A stretch of DNA of 60,250 bases. It comes from a bacterium (GTDB lineage: Bacteria > Bacteroidota > Ignavibacteria > Kapaibacteriales > Kapaibacteriaceae). The notes under the pieces were generated by a model, which saw nothing but the letters and a program-made list of their open reading frames with translations, was not told the DNA's origin and searched no databases. Shown one piece after another: positions 47,214 to 56,815 of this stretch (within the stretch, counting starts at the first letter, position 1; each line of letters begins with the position of its first letter). Position numbers and translations under genes: made by a program. The stretch covers positions 5,845-66,094 of the forward strand of contig DAITZZ010000008.1 in assembly GCA_036840065.1 (NCBI GenBank). The letters run 5' to 3'.

Positions 47214-47254
47214 ACACCCTCTCTCGGGGAACCGAGAGAGGGTGTTGTGTTTTA
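47214..47254 (+). terminator. Strong intrinsic terminator
   Basis: ACACCCTCTCTCGG-ggaa-CCGAGAGAGGGTGT (14-bp perfect stem) followed by tgtgtttta. Confidence 0.9.
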
Positions 47255-47258
47255 TAGG

Positions 47259-47266
47259 TACCTTCG
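47259..47266 (+). promoter_or_regulatory. -7-type element TACCTTCG
   Basis: TAnnTTCG variant just after the terminator, ending 29 nt before ATG 47296. Confidence 0.45.
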
Positions 47267-47295
47267 TTCGTGTGTTTCATTTCCAGCGATCGACC

Positions 47296-48822
47296 ATGAT
47301 CAAAATGTTCTCCTGCAGTTCGTTCTTGCATGGCTTCTTTGTCATCCTAACCTGCATCGCGTTGTCTGCTCAGGAACCTGGCACGATACCGTGGACGCCC
47401 AAGGTCAATGCTCCGATGGAACGTGTCAGCATATTCGTGCCGGCGCGGTTCTCATCACTTGGTCTTGACCCAGTTGCCAATGGTGTGTCTGTACCAGTGG
47501 GGTGGAAGGTGAGTGTCTTTGCGGCTACTGGACTCAACAAGGCACGGTTCATGGCCTGGGGACCCGATTCCACGCTCTTCGTTGCGAACATGAATGGCAA
47601 CAATGTCCTCGCACTGCCTGATCGCAATAAAGACGGCGTCGCCGACACGGTGATCGTCGCGGCCAGGGGGTTTTCCTACGGACACGATGTACGTTTTGTC
47701 CGAGATACCATGTACGTTGCTCAGGAGGCTTCACTCGTGCGGCTCTGGCGCAGTAACACGCAGAGTCTGATATACGATCAGCGGCTTACGATCATTGACA
47801 AGGCGGCTCAGGGCAACCAGCTGGGTGGAAACCACCGAACCCGGACTGTGGTGCTTGATACAAACAGAGGCAAGATCTATTTCAGTGTTGGTTCGCGAGG
47901 CAACGCCGATCGTGAGGCTGAGAGAGCACTCATCGAAGAGTATGACTATTCCGGAACGGGCCGACGCGTCTTTGCCTTAGGAGCACGCAACTGTGTTGGT
48001 ATGACCTTGCATCCACGAACCGGCAAGCTGTGGGCAAACAACAATGGCAGTGATCTTCAGGGTAACAACATCCCGCCGGAGTGGATCGATATCGTGCGTG
48101 ATGGTGGCTTTTATGGCTATCCGTATGCCTATCATCACCAACGATTCTTCAGCTTCGGGGGTGATTATGCGGACTTGCTCCCGATCACTTCAGCCGACTC
48201 GGCTCGTGTGCGATCCATGTCGCCCCCTGCAGCACTTGTTGATGCACATTGTGCGCCCATGGCTCTCGAGTTCACTCCTTCGGGCTTTGGACATGGATAT
48301 GATAATGGGCTCTTTTTGGTGATGCGCGGCTCGTGGAACAGGACGCCTCCTAGCGGCGCAAAGGTCGTGTTCCTGCGATTCGATTCGGACCTCGACACCA
48401 TCGCCAATAGCGTTGAGGACTTCTGCACGGGATTCATCCGTGACACAAATAACCAGGCAACGCGGTGGGCTCGTCCCGTTGGTCTTGCTCTGGCAGCAGA
48501 TGGTTCGGTCTACCTGTCACTGGATGAGGGTAAACAGTGTATTCTAAAGTTTACGCCACCGACCAAGCCCACCTCCGTCCTCGAAAACGAAGGCATGCGA
48601 CGCGACTTTGCCCGGTGGGCCGACGAGCGTTTGCGTCTGTGGATCTCCGGCGAAAATGCAAACGTAACCGTGAGCGATATCAGCGGCCGCGTCGTCTATT
48701 CTGCCACTCTGGCAGGGGGCGAGCAGGTGATCGATACATCATCGTGGCCGGCTGGTACCTTTTTGGTGCGGACGCAATCTGATGCATCGGTTTCGAGCGC
48801 GACGATCCACCTCGCCCGCTGA
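47296..48822 (+). CDS. PQQ-dependent sugar/sorbosone dehydrogenase-like beta-propeller protein with T9SS-like CTD
   Basis: ARFMAWGPD, HRTRTV, YFSVGSRGN, GARNCVGM, GGFYGYPY, AHCAPMALEF, RPVGLA; C-terminal SDISGRVV..PAGTFLV. Confidence 0.82.
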   Translation: MIKMFSCSSFLHGFFVILTCIALSAQEPGTIPWTPKVNAPMERVSIFVPARFSSLGLDPVANGVSVPVGWKVSVFAATGLNKARFMAWGPDSTLFVANMNGNNVLALPDRNKDGVADTVIVAARGFSYGHDVRFVRDTMYVAQEASLVRLWRSNTQSLIYDQRLTIIDKAAQGNQLGGNHRTRTVVLDTNRGKIYFSVGSRGNADREAERALIEEYDYSGTGRRVFALGARNCVGMTLHPRTGKLWANNNGSDLQGNNIPPEWIDIVRDGGFYGYPYAYHHQRFFSFGGDYADLLPITSADSARVRSMSPPAALVDAHCAPMALEFTPSGFGHGYDNGLFLVMRGSWNRTPPSGAKVVFLRFDSDLDTIANSVEDFCTGFIRDTNNQATRWARPVGLALAADGSVYLSLDEGKQCILKFTPPTKPTSVLENEGMRRDFARWADERLRLWISGENANVTVSDISGRVVYSATLAGGEQVIDTSSWPAGTFLVRTQSDASVSSATIHLAR

Positions 48823-48825
48823 TTG

Positions 48826-50091
48826 CTACCCGCTGATCACCACTCGCCGGAGCGTGTCTGCAACGAGCTGTGTGATCTGTCCGGAAGATCCCGTGTTTCG
48901 GCTCACGAACCTGTTGCAGTGCTCGCGTGAGGCCGTCCGCATTTGATCGCCTTGAATCGCCGTTAACCAATCTGCGGTGTCCTTCGGCGTGCGAATGATC
49001 GTCAGAGCTTCATACTGCATGAGTCCCCGAGCATCGCGGGAGCGCTCGATGGCCGGACCGCAGGCCACCGGAATACCGAAGCCCGCTGGCTCGGCCAGGG
49101 AGTGGACGCCGACGCCGAATCCTCCACCAACGTAGGCCGCATCGGCCGCTGCATAGAGTTGAAGGAGTTTGCCGACAGAGTCGACCACGATATGGGGCGA
49201 GGCAGAGACCAGTTCATCGAGGGTGATCTCTGACAACCGGCGGCAGGGGATACGTTGTTCGATTGCCGACACAGCCCGCGCTGTAGGCTCGTGCGGCACA
49301 ATCACCAGGCGCCAGTCACCGGCCGACACCCCACGCCATGCCTCGAGCAACAGTGCTTCGTCAGCAGGCCACGTGCTTCCCAGCACAAGTGTATGTCCGT
49401 GCCACGGTGGAAGCTCACGCGGCGCCCGCAGCGCAGCATCCCGCCGCTGCAGAATGCGATCCATGCGCGTGTCGGGCTTCCATTCAATCTCTCGCCCAAG
49501 CAGTATTGCAAGATCATGAGCATCCTGTTGACTCACGGCGATGACCGTGTCGATCATCCGGTAGAGCCGACGAGTAAATCTCCGAAGAACGACGTTGCGG
49601 CCCGTGGACGGCATCGTGGCGTTGACGAGCATGGTGACGATCCGTCGATGGTGCAATATGCTGATCATCACGGGCCAGAGATCATACCGATCAATCACGA
49701 CTACCGATGGTCTGATGATATCGATGAGCTCGCTCATTGCACGCGGTTGGTCTACCGGAAGGTACAGAGCGTGATCAATGCACGCCTGACGCGCCGCATG
49801 CTCACGTCCTGAAGCCGATGTGCACGTGCTCACGATGCACACCTCGGCAAAGGATGCACGAAGCTGCTCGATGACAGGGATCAGCTGCTCAAGCTCTCCC
49901 ATTGATGCCGCATGGAACCATACGCGCGGACGCGTCTCGAACGCCAGCCTGTCCTTGGCCTGCTGAAGAAGCCGCGACTCGTCGCGTCGTCGCCTTGCAA
50001 GCTTCTCGTTGAAGGGGGCCAGCACGAATAGCCCCATTCGAATCAGAGGCACCACGAGGCCGCGGTAGAGAGTCGATGTCAGCGGCCCCAT
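48826..50091 (-). CDS. waaA: 3-deoxy-D-manno-octulosonic acid transferase
   Basis: VWFHAASMGE, LGSTW..DE, VPHEP, VDSVGKL..LY, YVGGGF..HSLAEPA..GP. Confidence 0.9.
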   Translation of the reverse strand: MGPLTSTLYRGLVVPLIRMGLFVLAPFNEKLARRRRDESRLLQQAKDRLAFETRPRVWFHAASMGELEQLIPVIEQLRASFAEVCIVSTCTSASGREHAARQACIDHALYLPVDQPRAMSELIDIIRPSVVVIDRYDLWPVMISILHHRRIVTMLVNATMPSTGRNVVLRRFTRRLYRMIDTVIAVSQQDAHDLAILLGREIEWKPDTRMDRILQRRDAALRAPRELPPWHGHTLVLGSTWPADEALLLEAWRGVSAGDWRLVIVPHEPTARAVSAIEQRIPCRRLSEITLDELVSASPHIVVDSVGKLLQLYAAADAAYVGGGFGVGVHSLAEPAGFGIPVACGPAIERSRDARGLMQYEALTIIRTPKDTADWLTAIQGDQMRTASREHCNRFVSRNTGSSGQITQLVADTLRRVVISG

Positions 50092-50103
50092 GGGGTGCAG
50101 GCC

Positions 50104-50886
50104 CTAGCGTCCGGTAAAGACGGCCGGCCGCTTTTCGAGGAATGCTGCCGTTCCCTCCGTGAAGTCCACGGTGCCGCACGTGCGACCGAATATGCTGGCC
50201 TCGACATGCATGCCCTCCAATGACGATGTGTCAGCTGCGGCCAGAGTGGCCTCCAGACATGCGCGAAGCGCCAGAGGGGCTTTGGCCGCCAGTGTGGCTG
50301 CGAAGGTCATCGTTGACTCGACAAGTTCTGCGGCTGGATATACCCGGTTGACCAGGCCGAGACGATGAGCCTCCTGTGCGGTGATCATATCTCCGGAAAG
50401 GATCAGCTCAAGGGCCTTGGCCATGCCGACAAGACGTGGCAATCGCTGCGTGCCTCCGTACCCCGGGATGATGCCAAGATTGATCTCCGGCTGCCCGAAC
50501 CTGGCGCTCTCGGCCGCAAAACGCATGTGGCACGCCATGGCAAGTTCGCATCCTCCGCCAAGGGCGAAGCCGTTGACAGCGGCGATGACGGGCTTGCCGA
50601 AGCGCTCGATGAGAGAGAACACCCGTTGCCCGCGTTCGGCAAACAGACGACCACTGTGGGCGTCTTGCGCATGAAGCTGCGCGATGTCTGCTCCGGCAGC
50701 AAAAGCCTTGCTGCCTGACCCCGTGATCACCACCACGTGGGTGCTCGCATCGGCCTGCAGATGCCGCAGCGTGTGCTCAAGGGCATCCAACAAATCCGCA
50801 TTGAGCGCGTTGAGCTTATCCGGGCGATTGAGCGTGATGGTCGCAACACCATCATGCTGGGCAAGGAGTATCGTGTCGTTGATCAT
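50104..50886 (-). CDS. Enoyl-CoA hydratase (crotonase)
   Basis: LNRPDKLNAL, FAAGADI, NGFALGGGCELAMAC, GQPEINLGIIPGYGGTQRL. Confidence 0.93.
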   Translation of the reverse strand: MINDTILLAQHDGVATITLNRPDKLNALNADLLDALEHTLRHLQADASTHVVVITGSGSKAFAAGADIAQLHAQDAHSGRLFAERGQRVFSLIERFGKPVIAAVNGFALGGGCELAMACHMRFAAESARFGQPEINLGIIPGYGGTQRLPRLVGMAKALELILSGDMITAQEAHRLGLVNRVYPAAELVESTMTFAATLAAKAPLALRACLEATLAAADTSSLEGMHVEASIFGRTCGTVDFTEGTAAFLEKRPAVFTGR

Positions 50887-50890
50887 GTCG

Positions 50891-50898
50891 CGAAACTA
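50891..50898 (-). promoter_or_regulatory. -7-type element TAGTTTCG for the crotonase-waaA operon
   Basis: tcgTAGTTTCG, ending 4 nt before ATG 50886. Confidence 0.55.
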
Positions 50899-50989
50899 CG
50901 ATGACTGCCCGCCATGTGTTCCGCGTTGACTGGTGCATGTGAATAACTCCGCACTTTCGGCTCGGCGAGGTGCCATAACTTTCCCTGCT

Positions 50990-52459
50990 ATGCTTCGCGT
51001 TCTGACACGACAATACCCGGGCTGGTGCAGGATCATCACGGCGGTGCTGATGATCCTCGAGTTCAGCCTATGTGGTGTTGACCTCCCTGCAGCGCAGAAG
51101 GCACGACGTTCGAAGGCGACGGTCAAGCAAGCCACAAAACAGGTCAAACGGACCGCGCGCAGACGCCGAGTGCGGCGATCCCGGCCTGCCCGCCCCTTTG
51201 CCATCACATCACTTACTCCGATCAAGGACTCATTGATCGGTCAGGGGGCTCGCTACATCGAGTATCGGACCAATGGCCGAACGCCGATCGTGGTGCATGC
51301 GCTCCTGGTAGATCGGTCCATCCCCGGAAATGCCCTGCGCCTGGTGAAGGCCGAAGATCACACCTTCGGCCTTGAGCGACTGGGTGAGATGGCCCAGAGG
51401 TTCTCGTCAACCTCACGGCATACAGTCTATGGCCTGGTCAATGGCAACTTCTGGCGTGCCGTGCGTAACACGCTCATCGGTCCGTGCGTGATCGATGGCG
51501 AAGTGGTTGAGATGAACAGCTACAAGAAATGGTCGAGTGCCTTCTTTGACGTGCGCAGCGGTATGACGATCGACACCTTTACGATCAGCGGAATGGTTCA
51601 GATCGGTGGCCGTCAGATGCCGATATCCACGGTGAACCACCGCGATGATCAGGGGGTCGTGGTCTATAACTCCTATGCAGGAAACACCGTCCCGTACGTC
51701 AGCCCAAAGCAGATCGAGCGGGCCTATCAGGAGGCCATCAAGGACACCGTGTTCATCGAGCAGGACTCTACGGAAGCGGCGCTTACGCAGGATGTGCTGC
51801 GCCAGGAGATCGCCCGTGCGCGACGCGAGCGCGACGCTGAATACCCGATGCTCAAGATCCGCGTTCGGTACCTACGCTCCCCGAGCGTCAATGTGCCGAT
51901 CCCCTGCGAAGTGCTCAGCGCCGACACGGCAACCGTGACCATGCCCATACGCGGTGCGGTGGTGTCCGTGCCGAGGTCGACCTTTATTGGCGGCGAGATA
52001 CCGAAGATCGGCGATACCGTGATGCTTCTCTACCGAACGAACATTGCCCCGCAGACACCGTTTATGAATGCTGTTTGCGGCACTCCACGCCTTGTGCGAA
52101 AGGGAAGTGCCAAACATGAAGCGCTGCTCGAGGGAAGTACCGGACAGCGATTCATCAGTCATGCGCTGGCCCGCTGTGCCGTGGGTACCGATTCAACCGG
52201 AAGCCGCCTGATGCTTGTGGCCGTGCCGGCTGATCGGCCAGAACGCAAGACCGTCGGAGCCACGCTTCAGCAGATGTCGCAGATAATGGCGCTTCTCGGC
52301 TGCCGCGATGCGCTCAATCTCGATGGAGGGGGCTCGGCAGGCATGGTCGTCGGCGATGACCACGTGTTCTTTGAAGGGGTCGACCCGCTGACGCGGCGCG
52401 TCGGTCTCGGAATTGGACTGGTCAAGCTCTCAAAGATCCTGCGAGGCGGTGTCCGCTGA
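50990..52459 (+). CDS. Phosphodiester glycosidase (NAGPA-like) family secreted protein
   Basis: VNGNFW, CGTPRLVRKG, ARCAVG, GATLQQM, DALNLDGGGS; Arg/Lys-rich segment after the signal; start uncertain. Confidence 0.8.
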   Translation: MLRVLTRQYPGWCRIITAVLMILEFSLCGVDLPAAQKARRSKATVKQATKQVKRTARRRRVRRSRPARPFAITSLTPIKDSLIGQGARYIEYRTNGRTPIVVHALLVDRSIPGNALRLVKAEDHTFGLERLGEMAQRFSSTSRHTVYGLVNGNFWRAVRNTLIGPCVIDGEVVEMNSYKKWSSAFFDVRSGMTIDTFTISGMVQIGGRQMPISTVNHRDDQGVVVYNSYAGNTVPYVSPKQIERAYQEAIKDTVFIEQDSTEAALTQDVLRQEIARARRERDAEYPMLKIRVRYLRSPSVNVPIPCEVLSADTATVTMPIRGAVVSVPRSTFIGGEIPKIGDTVMLLYRTNIAPQTPFMNAVCGTPRLVRKGSAKHEALLEGSTGQRFISHALARCAVGTDSTGSRLMLVAVPADRPERKTVGATLQQMSQIMALLGCRDALNLDGGGSAGMVVGDDHVFFEGVDPLTRRVGLGIGLVKLSKILRGGVR

Positions 52460-52471
52460 CGCACCTGCGGC

Positions 52472-53704
52472 TTACTTGTCGTAGAGCAGATACTTGCGGC
52501 GAGTAAGAAGAAACTCCTCGTAGCCACGGGTAAACAGAATGTCGATACGGGACAGTTGAGCCCCCTGACAGAGGGCCACGATCACGTCGCTTCGACCAAT
52601 GGCCTTGGCCAGGGTTTTGCCGTTCGATGTCTTGATGAGCGTGTCGGGAAAGGCCTGCGGGAACTGCCGTCGAACTTCCCACATCAGCAGTGACAGCGCT
52701 TCCATCGGACGCCAGTTTCTGTTCGGAAAGAGAAAGTAGCCGTCGCAGATCTCTCCGGAGAACTTGCCCCCACGCGGCTTGAAACGCGCCTTCACGAGGT
52801 TGAGTCCTCGGTCCTTGAGGCCGTTGATGATCGACGGACTGAAGCTAAGTCCCGGAGCGCCGATGATCTGGAAGGGCATGTTCGTCCCCATACCGATGCT
52901 GAGCAGTCCAAGCTCTCCCAGAACTCCGGCAACAGAGTATCCGCGGATAGATTCCACGGACGGGATATTGGGGCTTGTGGGATACCATGGACGGTCGAGC
53001 TTCTCCCACGTTTCCGAACGAAGCCAGCGCTTGCACTTGACCACTGTCAGCATGCATCGCTGCTTTTTCCGCATGGGGTTCTGCGTGAGCCAGTGCTCTT
53101 CGTTGGCCATGGTGGCAAGCTCACCCAGCGTGCAGCCGTGCACGTAAGGGATCGGAAGTCTACCAATGAACGATCGCAGCGAATCATCGATCAGTCCGCC
53201 GCTAACGATCAATCCACCGAGTGGATTCGGACGGTCGAGCACCATGCAGGGCTTGTTGAACTGCGCACAGGCATCAAGCACCTCGATCATTGTCGACATA
53301 AACGTGTACGAGCGAACGCCAATGTCCTGCAGGTCCACAACCACCACGTCTGCATCGGCAAGCATCAATGAGTCAGGACGACGAGTTGAGCCATACAGCG
53401 AGCGGACCGGACGTTCAAACAATGAATCGTCCTCGACGTTCTTTCCCGCCTCAATGATGCCGTAAAATCCGTGCTCGGGAGTAAGAATCCGAAGCAGTGT
53501 CAGATGCGGTGTTGATGCGAACTCCTCAGCCGTTGATGTTCCACGGAAGGTCTGTGCTGCGGCATGACTGACAAGTACTACGCGCTTTCCCTTCAAGAGA
53601 GCGAAGTCCGACTCGATGAGATTATCGACGCCGAAGCGCACATCGATGGCCAGGGCCGCGCACGTAGAAAGCACGAATGCAAAAAGATTGATAATGGTCT
53701 TCAT
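52472..53704 (-). CDS. Exo-beta-N-acetylmuramidase NamZ-like (DUF1343)
   Basis: Signal peptide; PEHGF, VDLQDIGVRSYTF, VLDRPNPLGG, HGCTLGELA, PTSPNIP. Confidence 0.88.
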   Translation of the reverse strand: MKTIINLFAFVLSTCAALAIDVRFGVDNLIESDFALLKGKRVVLVSHAAAQTFRGTSTAEEFASTPHLTLLRILTPEHGFYGIIEAGKNVEDDSLFERPVRSLYGSTRRPDSLMLADADVVVVDLQDIGVRSYTFMSTMIEVLDACAQFNKPCMVLDRPNPLGGLIVSGGLIDDSLRSFIGRLPIPYVHGCTLGELATMANEEHWLTQNPMRKKQRCMLTVVKCKRWLRSETWEKLDRPWYPTSPNIPSVESIRGYSVAGVLGELGLLSIGMGTNMPFQIIGAPGLSFSPSIINGLKDRGLNLVKARFKPRGGKFSGEICDGYFLFPNRNWRPMEALSLLMWEVRRQFPQAFPDTLIKTSNGKTLAKAIGRSDVIVALCQGAQLSRIDILFTRGYEEFLLTRRKYLLYDK

Positions 53705-53724
53705 GTGGTCTCCTCGGCAGGGGG

Positions 53725-54654
53725 CTACCCAGCCGTAAATGTCGATCGCGGATGAAACAGGGTGTGCACTTCCCGGACGTAGTCCCGATCGATATGCGTG
53801 TAGATCTGCGTGGTTGCAATGTCGGCATGCCCGAGCATTTCCTGGACCGCTCGCAGGTCTGCACCGCCTTCAAGTAGGTGCGTGGCAAACGAATGACGAA
53901 AAAGATGTGGATGCTGATGTGTGGTGATCACGGACTGCTGAGCTCCCTGCTGAATGATCTTCAAGACGGCCATGCGAGAGAGTCTGCGTCCGCGAGAGCT
54001 CAGAAATAACACGTCGTCCGTATCGGCAGTAGTGATCAGCTGACCACGCGCCTGCTGCTGGTAGCGTTCGATCCATGAGAGGGCCTCTGCACCGATCGGT
54101 ACGAGGCGTTCCTTGGAACCTTTACCGAAGACGCGCAGAAGTTCGACGTCGCGCATCACGTCGGACTGACGAAGAGAGATCGTTTCACTTACCCGCAGAC
54201 CGCAGGCATACATGGTCTCGAACATGGCGCGGTTGCGCAAACTGTACCGATCCTCAGCGTTGAACGCCTCGAGAAAGCCGATCATCTCCTGCACGGACAG
54301 ACACTCGGGAAGCTGCCGCCGTGGACGGGGCATGTCGATGGCTTCCGTGACATCACGGTCAAGCCGGCCATTGCCGACAAGAAAATGCTGGAGGTGCCGC
54401 ACCGAGGCCAGGTAGCGGGCGCGGCTTGTGGCCGAGAGTTCGAGTGCGGCAAGATGCTCGAAGAAGCCCCTGACGTTCTCAAGTGTGGCCTCGCAGAAGG
54501 AGCTCAGGCCCCGCTCGTGCAGGTACCCACCATACTGCGTTACGTCATGTCGATATGCCTCAGTTGTCGTTGCTGCAAGGCCCCGTTCAAGTCGCGCATA
54601 ATGAATGAACTGCTTGATGTCGCGCTCAAACGCTGCTGGAAGTTCGCGTCTCAT
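53725..54654 (-). CDS. xerD: Site-specific tyrosine recombinase XerD
   Basis: RNRAMFETMYACGLRVSE, GKGSKERLVP, HPHLFRHSFATHLLEGGADLRAVQEMLGHADIATTQIYTH. Confidence 0.93.
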   Translation of the reverse strand: MRRELPAAFERDIKQFIHYARLERGLAATTTEAYRHDVTQYGGYLHERGLSSFCEATLENVRGFFEHLAALELSATSRARYLASVRHLQHFLVGNGRLDRDVTEAIDMPRPRRQLPECLSVQEMIGFLEAFNAEDRYSLRNRAMFETMYACGLRVSETISLRQSDVMRDVELLRVFGKGSKERLVPIGAEALSWIERYQQQARGQLITTADTDDVLFLSSRGRRLSRMAVLKIIQQGAQQSVITTHQHPHLFRHSFATHLLEGGADLRAVQEMLGHADIATTQIYTHIDRDYVREVHTLFHPRSTFTAG

Positions 54655-56795
54655 GCAGCTGATTCGTCGCTGGGCCGAACTTCCATGTAGCGCACCCGTT
54701 GATGCGATGAGCCGAGCAGCGAGTTAACGAAGGATTCACGGATGAGATTCAGATCGCTGGTCGTCAGCGGCGTGTCATCCAGCTGTCCATCGGTAAATCG
54801 GTCCGTAAAGATCGAGTCGACAGCCCGTTCAATCTCCTCGCGATTGCCCGATTCGACCAGCCGGGAGAGTGCCTCGGCTGCATCGGCAAGCATGACGATC
54901 GCCGTTTCCTTTGAGTCGGGCTTCGGCCCTGGATAACGGAACTCCGCGGCATCGACCGGCGCGCCTTCGGCCTCCTCGACGGCCTTGGCATAGAAGTGCT
55001 TGATGAGGATCGTACCATGATGCATCGGAATGAACTTCCAAATCCTATCGGGAAGCCGGTACTCCCTGGCCAGATCGATTCCATCGGTGACATGCTGACG
55101 GATGATCTCGGCACTTTTACGAGGTGTCAGTCGATCATGCTTGTTGCCGATGTCGATTTGATTCTCGATGAAGTACTCGCTCTTGGTGATCTTTCCGATG
55201 TCGTGGTAGAGCGCACCAACGCGCGCAAGCAGGGGATTCGCACCGATGGCCGCAGCGGCCGTTTCGCTCAGATGCATCACCGACATCGTGTGCTGATAGG
55301 TGCCCGGGGCGACCTGGTTGAGCTGATGGATCAGAGGATGATTGATGTCGTCAAAGTCCTCCAGGCGCAGATCTGTTGCCACATTCAGCGTCCGCTCCAT
55401 GAGCAGGATCGCCGCAACGGCAAGCAGTGGAGAGATGATCGCATTGACAACCGTGCCGCCAAGCTTTGTTGCAAGGTTGAGAAGGGGCGTGCCATTCTCG
55501 AGTTCGATCGAAAGGGTAACAATCACCAGACCCGACAGGATGGCCAGGATCGAGGTGAAGATCTGTGTCCGGCTGCGCAGGTTCGTAGCCGAGTAGGCAG
55601 CCATCACGCCCCCTGCGATCATCACCACCGCGATCACGTGATCATTACCCCGGGCAGCCGCCACAGAAAGCGCACACGAGAGCGTGACAACGATAGAGGT
55701 GCGCACGTCATAGAGGATCGACACGAGCATGGCAAAGCCCGGAACGACGATCGTATACTCCAGAGGCAGAGACGTCGGCAGAGCAATCGACAGCCACCCG
55801 AGACCAGCAGAGGCAACCGGCATGGCCAGAAGAGCTGCCAGCTGGCCGTTGCGAACAAAGGACGTGTAGCGCACAAAGTACAGGTACAGGCAGACGATGG
55901 CGATCAGCACAAGGGCATGTCCGGCCGATCCGAGCGCAACGAGGAACGAAAACTGTGAGGTCGAGCGGATATACTCGGCGTAACGATAGGAGGCCAGACG
56001 ACTCAGCAGATGCTCGTCAATCCGATCGCCTTTACGAATGATAATGTCGCCCTTTCGAACGATCTCCTGCGTGATCGATACTCCCTGCTCGGCAAGGCGC
56101 TGCTGCTGCTGCCACACAGCCCGATCAAGGCGCAGCGTGGGAACAACGGATGCATGCAGACGAGCGCGCAGCACTGGCCTCAGGTTACTTGGCGCAGAGA
56201 TGAGCAGGTGATCAAGACTCTCTGCAACGGCGGCCGAATCACGCAGACGATCATGGCGGCAGGCCACGGACTCGCTCCCGTCAGCATCGAGCATCATCGG
56301 ATCTGCTCGCGGAATCTGGCGCAGATCAACGTCGACGATCTCGCCGGCATCAGCCCCATACAGACCCCGAATCGCCGGCTCAGCAATGTCCGTGATAAAC
56401 TTGTCGAGTTCGATGCTGCCATTGGACGCCGAGCCAGCCGACGACAATCGCTGCAGCGCCCGCGTCAGCGGCTCGCTTGTTCTCCGGACGTACGCAGGAA
56501 CCTGAGCGCGAGCTGCCGCACGATCCAGAGAGACCGAGTCGACGTTCCTCTGAACCGGAAACGGATAATCGGCCACCAGAGACTCTTCGGTCCATGTCGT
56601 TCCCATTCGTGAGCGATCAAACGCCGCCTGTCGGATCTCGCCAAGACGTCCGGGAAGAAACGCCATCATAAGGAGCGTTGCCACGGTGATGATCACGGCG
56701 CGCAGCGTCGACGATCGATTCAGCCCGTCCTGCGACTGAGCCTCACGTCCGTCATCGCGGATCTGTTCGAACAATGTTGGTCGATTGCGTGCCAT
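54651..56795 (-). CDS. 7TM-HD family phosphohydrolase (PgpH-like cyclic di-AMP phosphodiesterase)
   Basis: Extracellular domain, multiple TMs, then APGTYQHT, YHDIGK..YFIENQ, HHGT, FRYPGPKP, MLADAAEA. Confidence 0.88.
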   Translation of the reverse strand: MARNRPTLFEQIRDDGREAQSQDGLNRSSTLRAVIITVATLLMMAFLPGRLGEIRQAAFDRSRMGTTWTEESLVADYPFPVQRNVDSVSLDRAAARAQVPAYVRRTSEPLTRALQRLSSAGSASNGSIELDKFITDIAEPAIRGLYGADAGEIVDVDLRQIPRADPMMLDADGSESVACRHDRLRDSAAVAESLDHLLISAPSNLRPVLRARLHASVVPTLRLDRAVWQQQQRLAEQGVSITQEIVRKGDIIIRKGDRIDEHLLSRLASYRYAEYIRSTSQFSFLVALGSAGHALVLIAIVCLYLYFVRYTSFVRNGQLAALLAMPVASAGLGWLSIALPTSLPLEYTIVVPGFAMLVSILYDVRTSIVVTLSCALSVAAARGNDHVIAVVMIAGGVMAAYSATNLRSRTQIFTSILAILSGLVIVTLSIELENGTPLLNLATKLGGTVVNAIISPLLAVAAILLMERTLNVATDLRLEDFDDINHPLIHQLNQVAPGTYQHTMSVMHLSETAAAAIGANPLLARVGALYHDIGKITKSEYFIENQIDIGNKHDRLTPRKSAEIIRQHVTDGIDLAREYRLPDRIWKFIPMHHGTILIKHFYAKAVEEAEGAPVDAAEFRYPGPKPDSKETAIVMLADAAEALSRLVESGNREEIERAVDSIFTDRFTDGQLDDTPLTTSDLNLIRESFVNSLLGSSHQRVRYMEVRPSDESAA

Positions 56796-56815
56796 TCTGG
56801 TGCGGAACAGGGGGC

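Noticed and set aside
53725-54654. Tyrosine recombinase as a mobile-element integrase
   Set aside because: Size and motifs match chromosomal XerD, and it is embedded in a housekeeping operon with no att-like repeats
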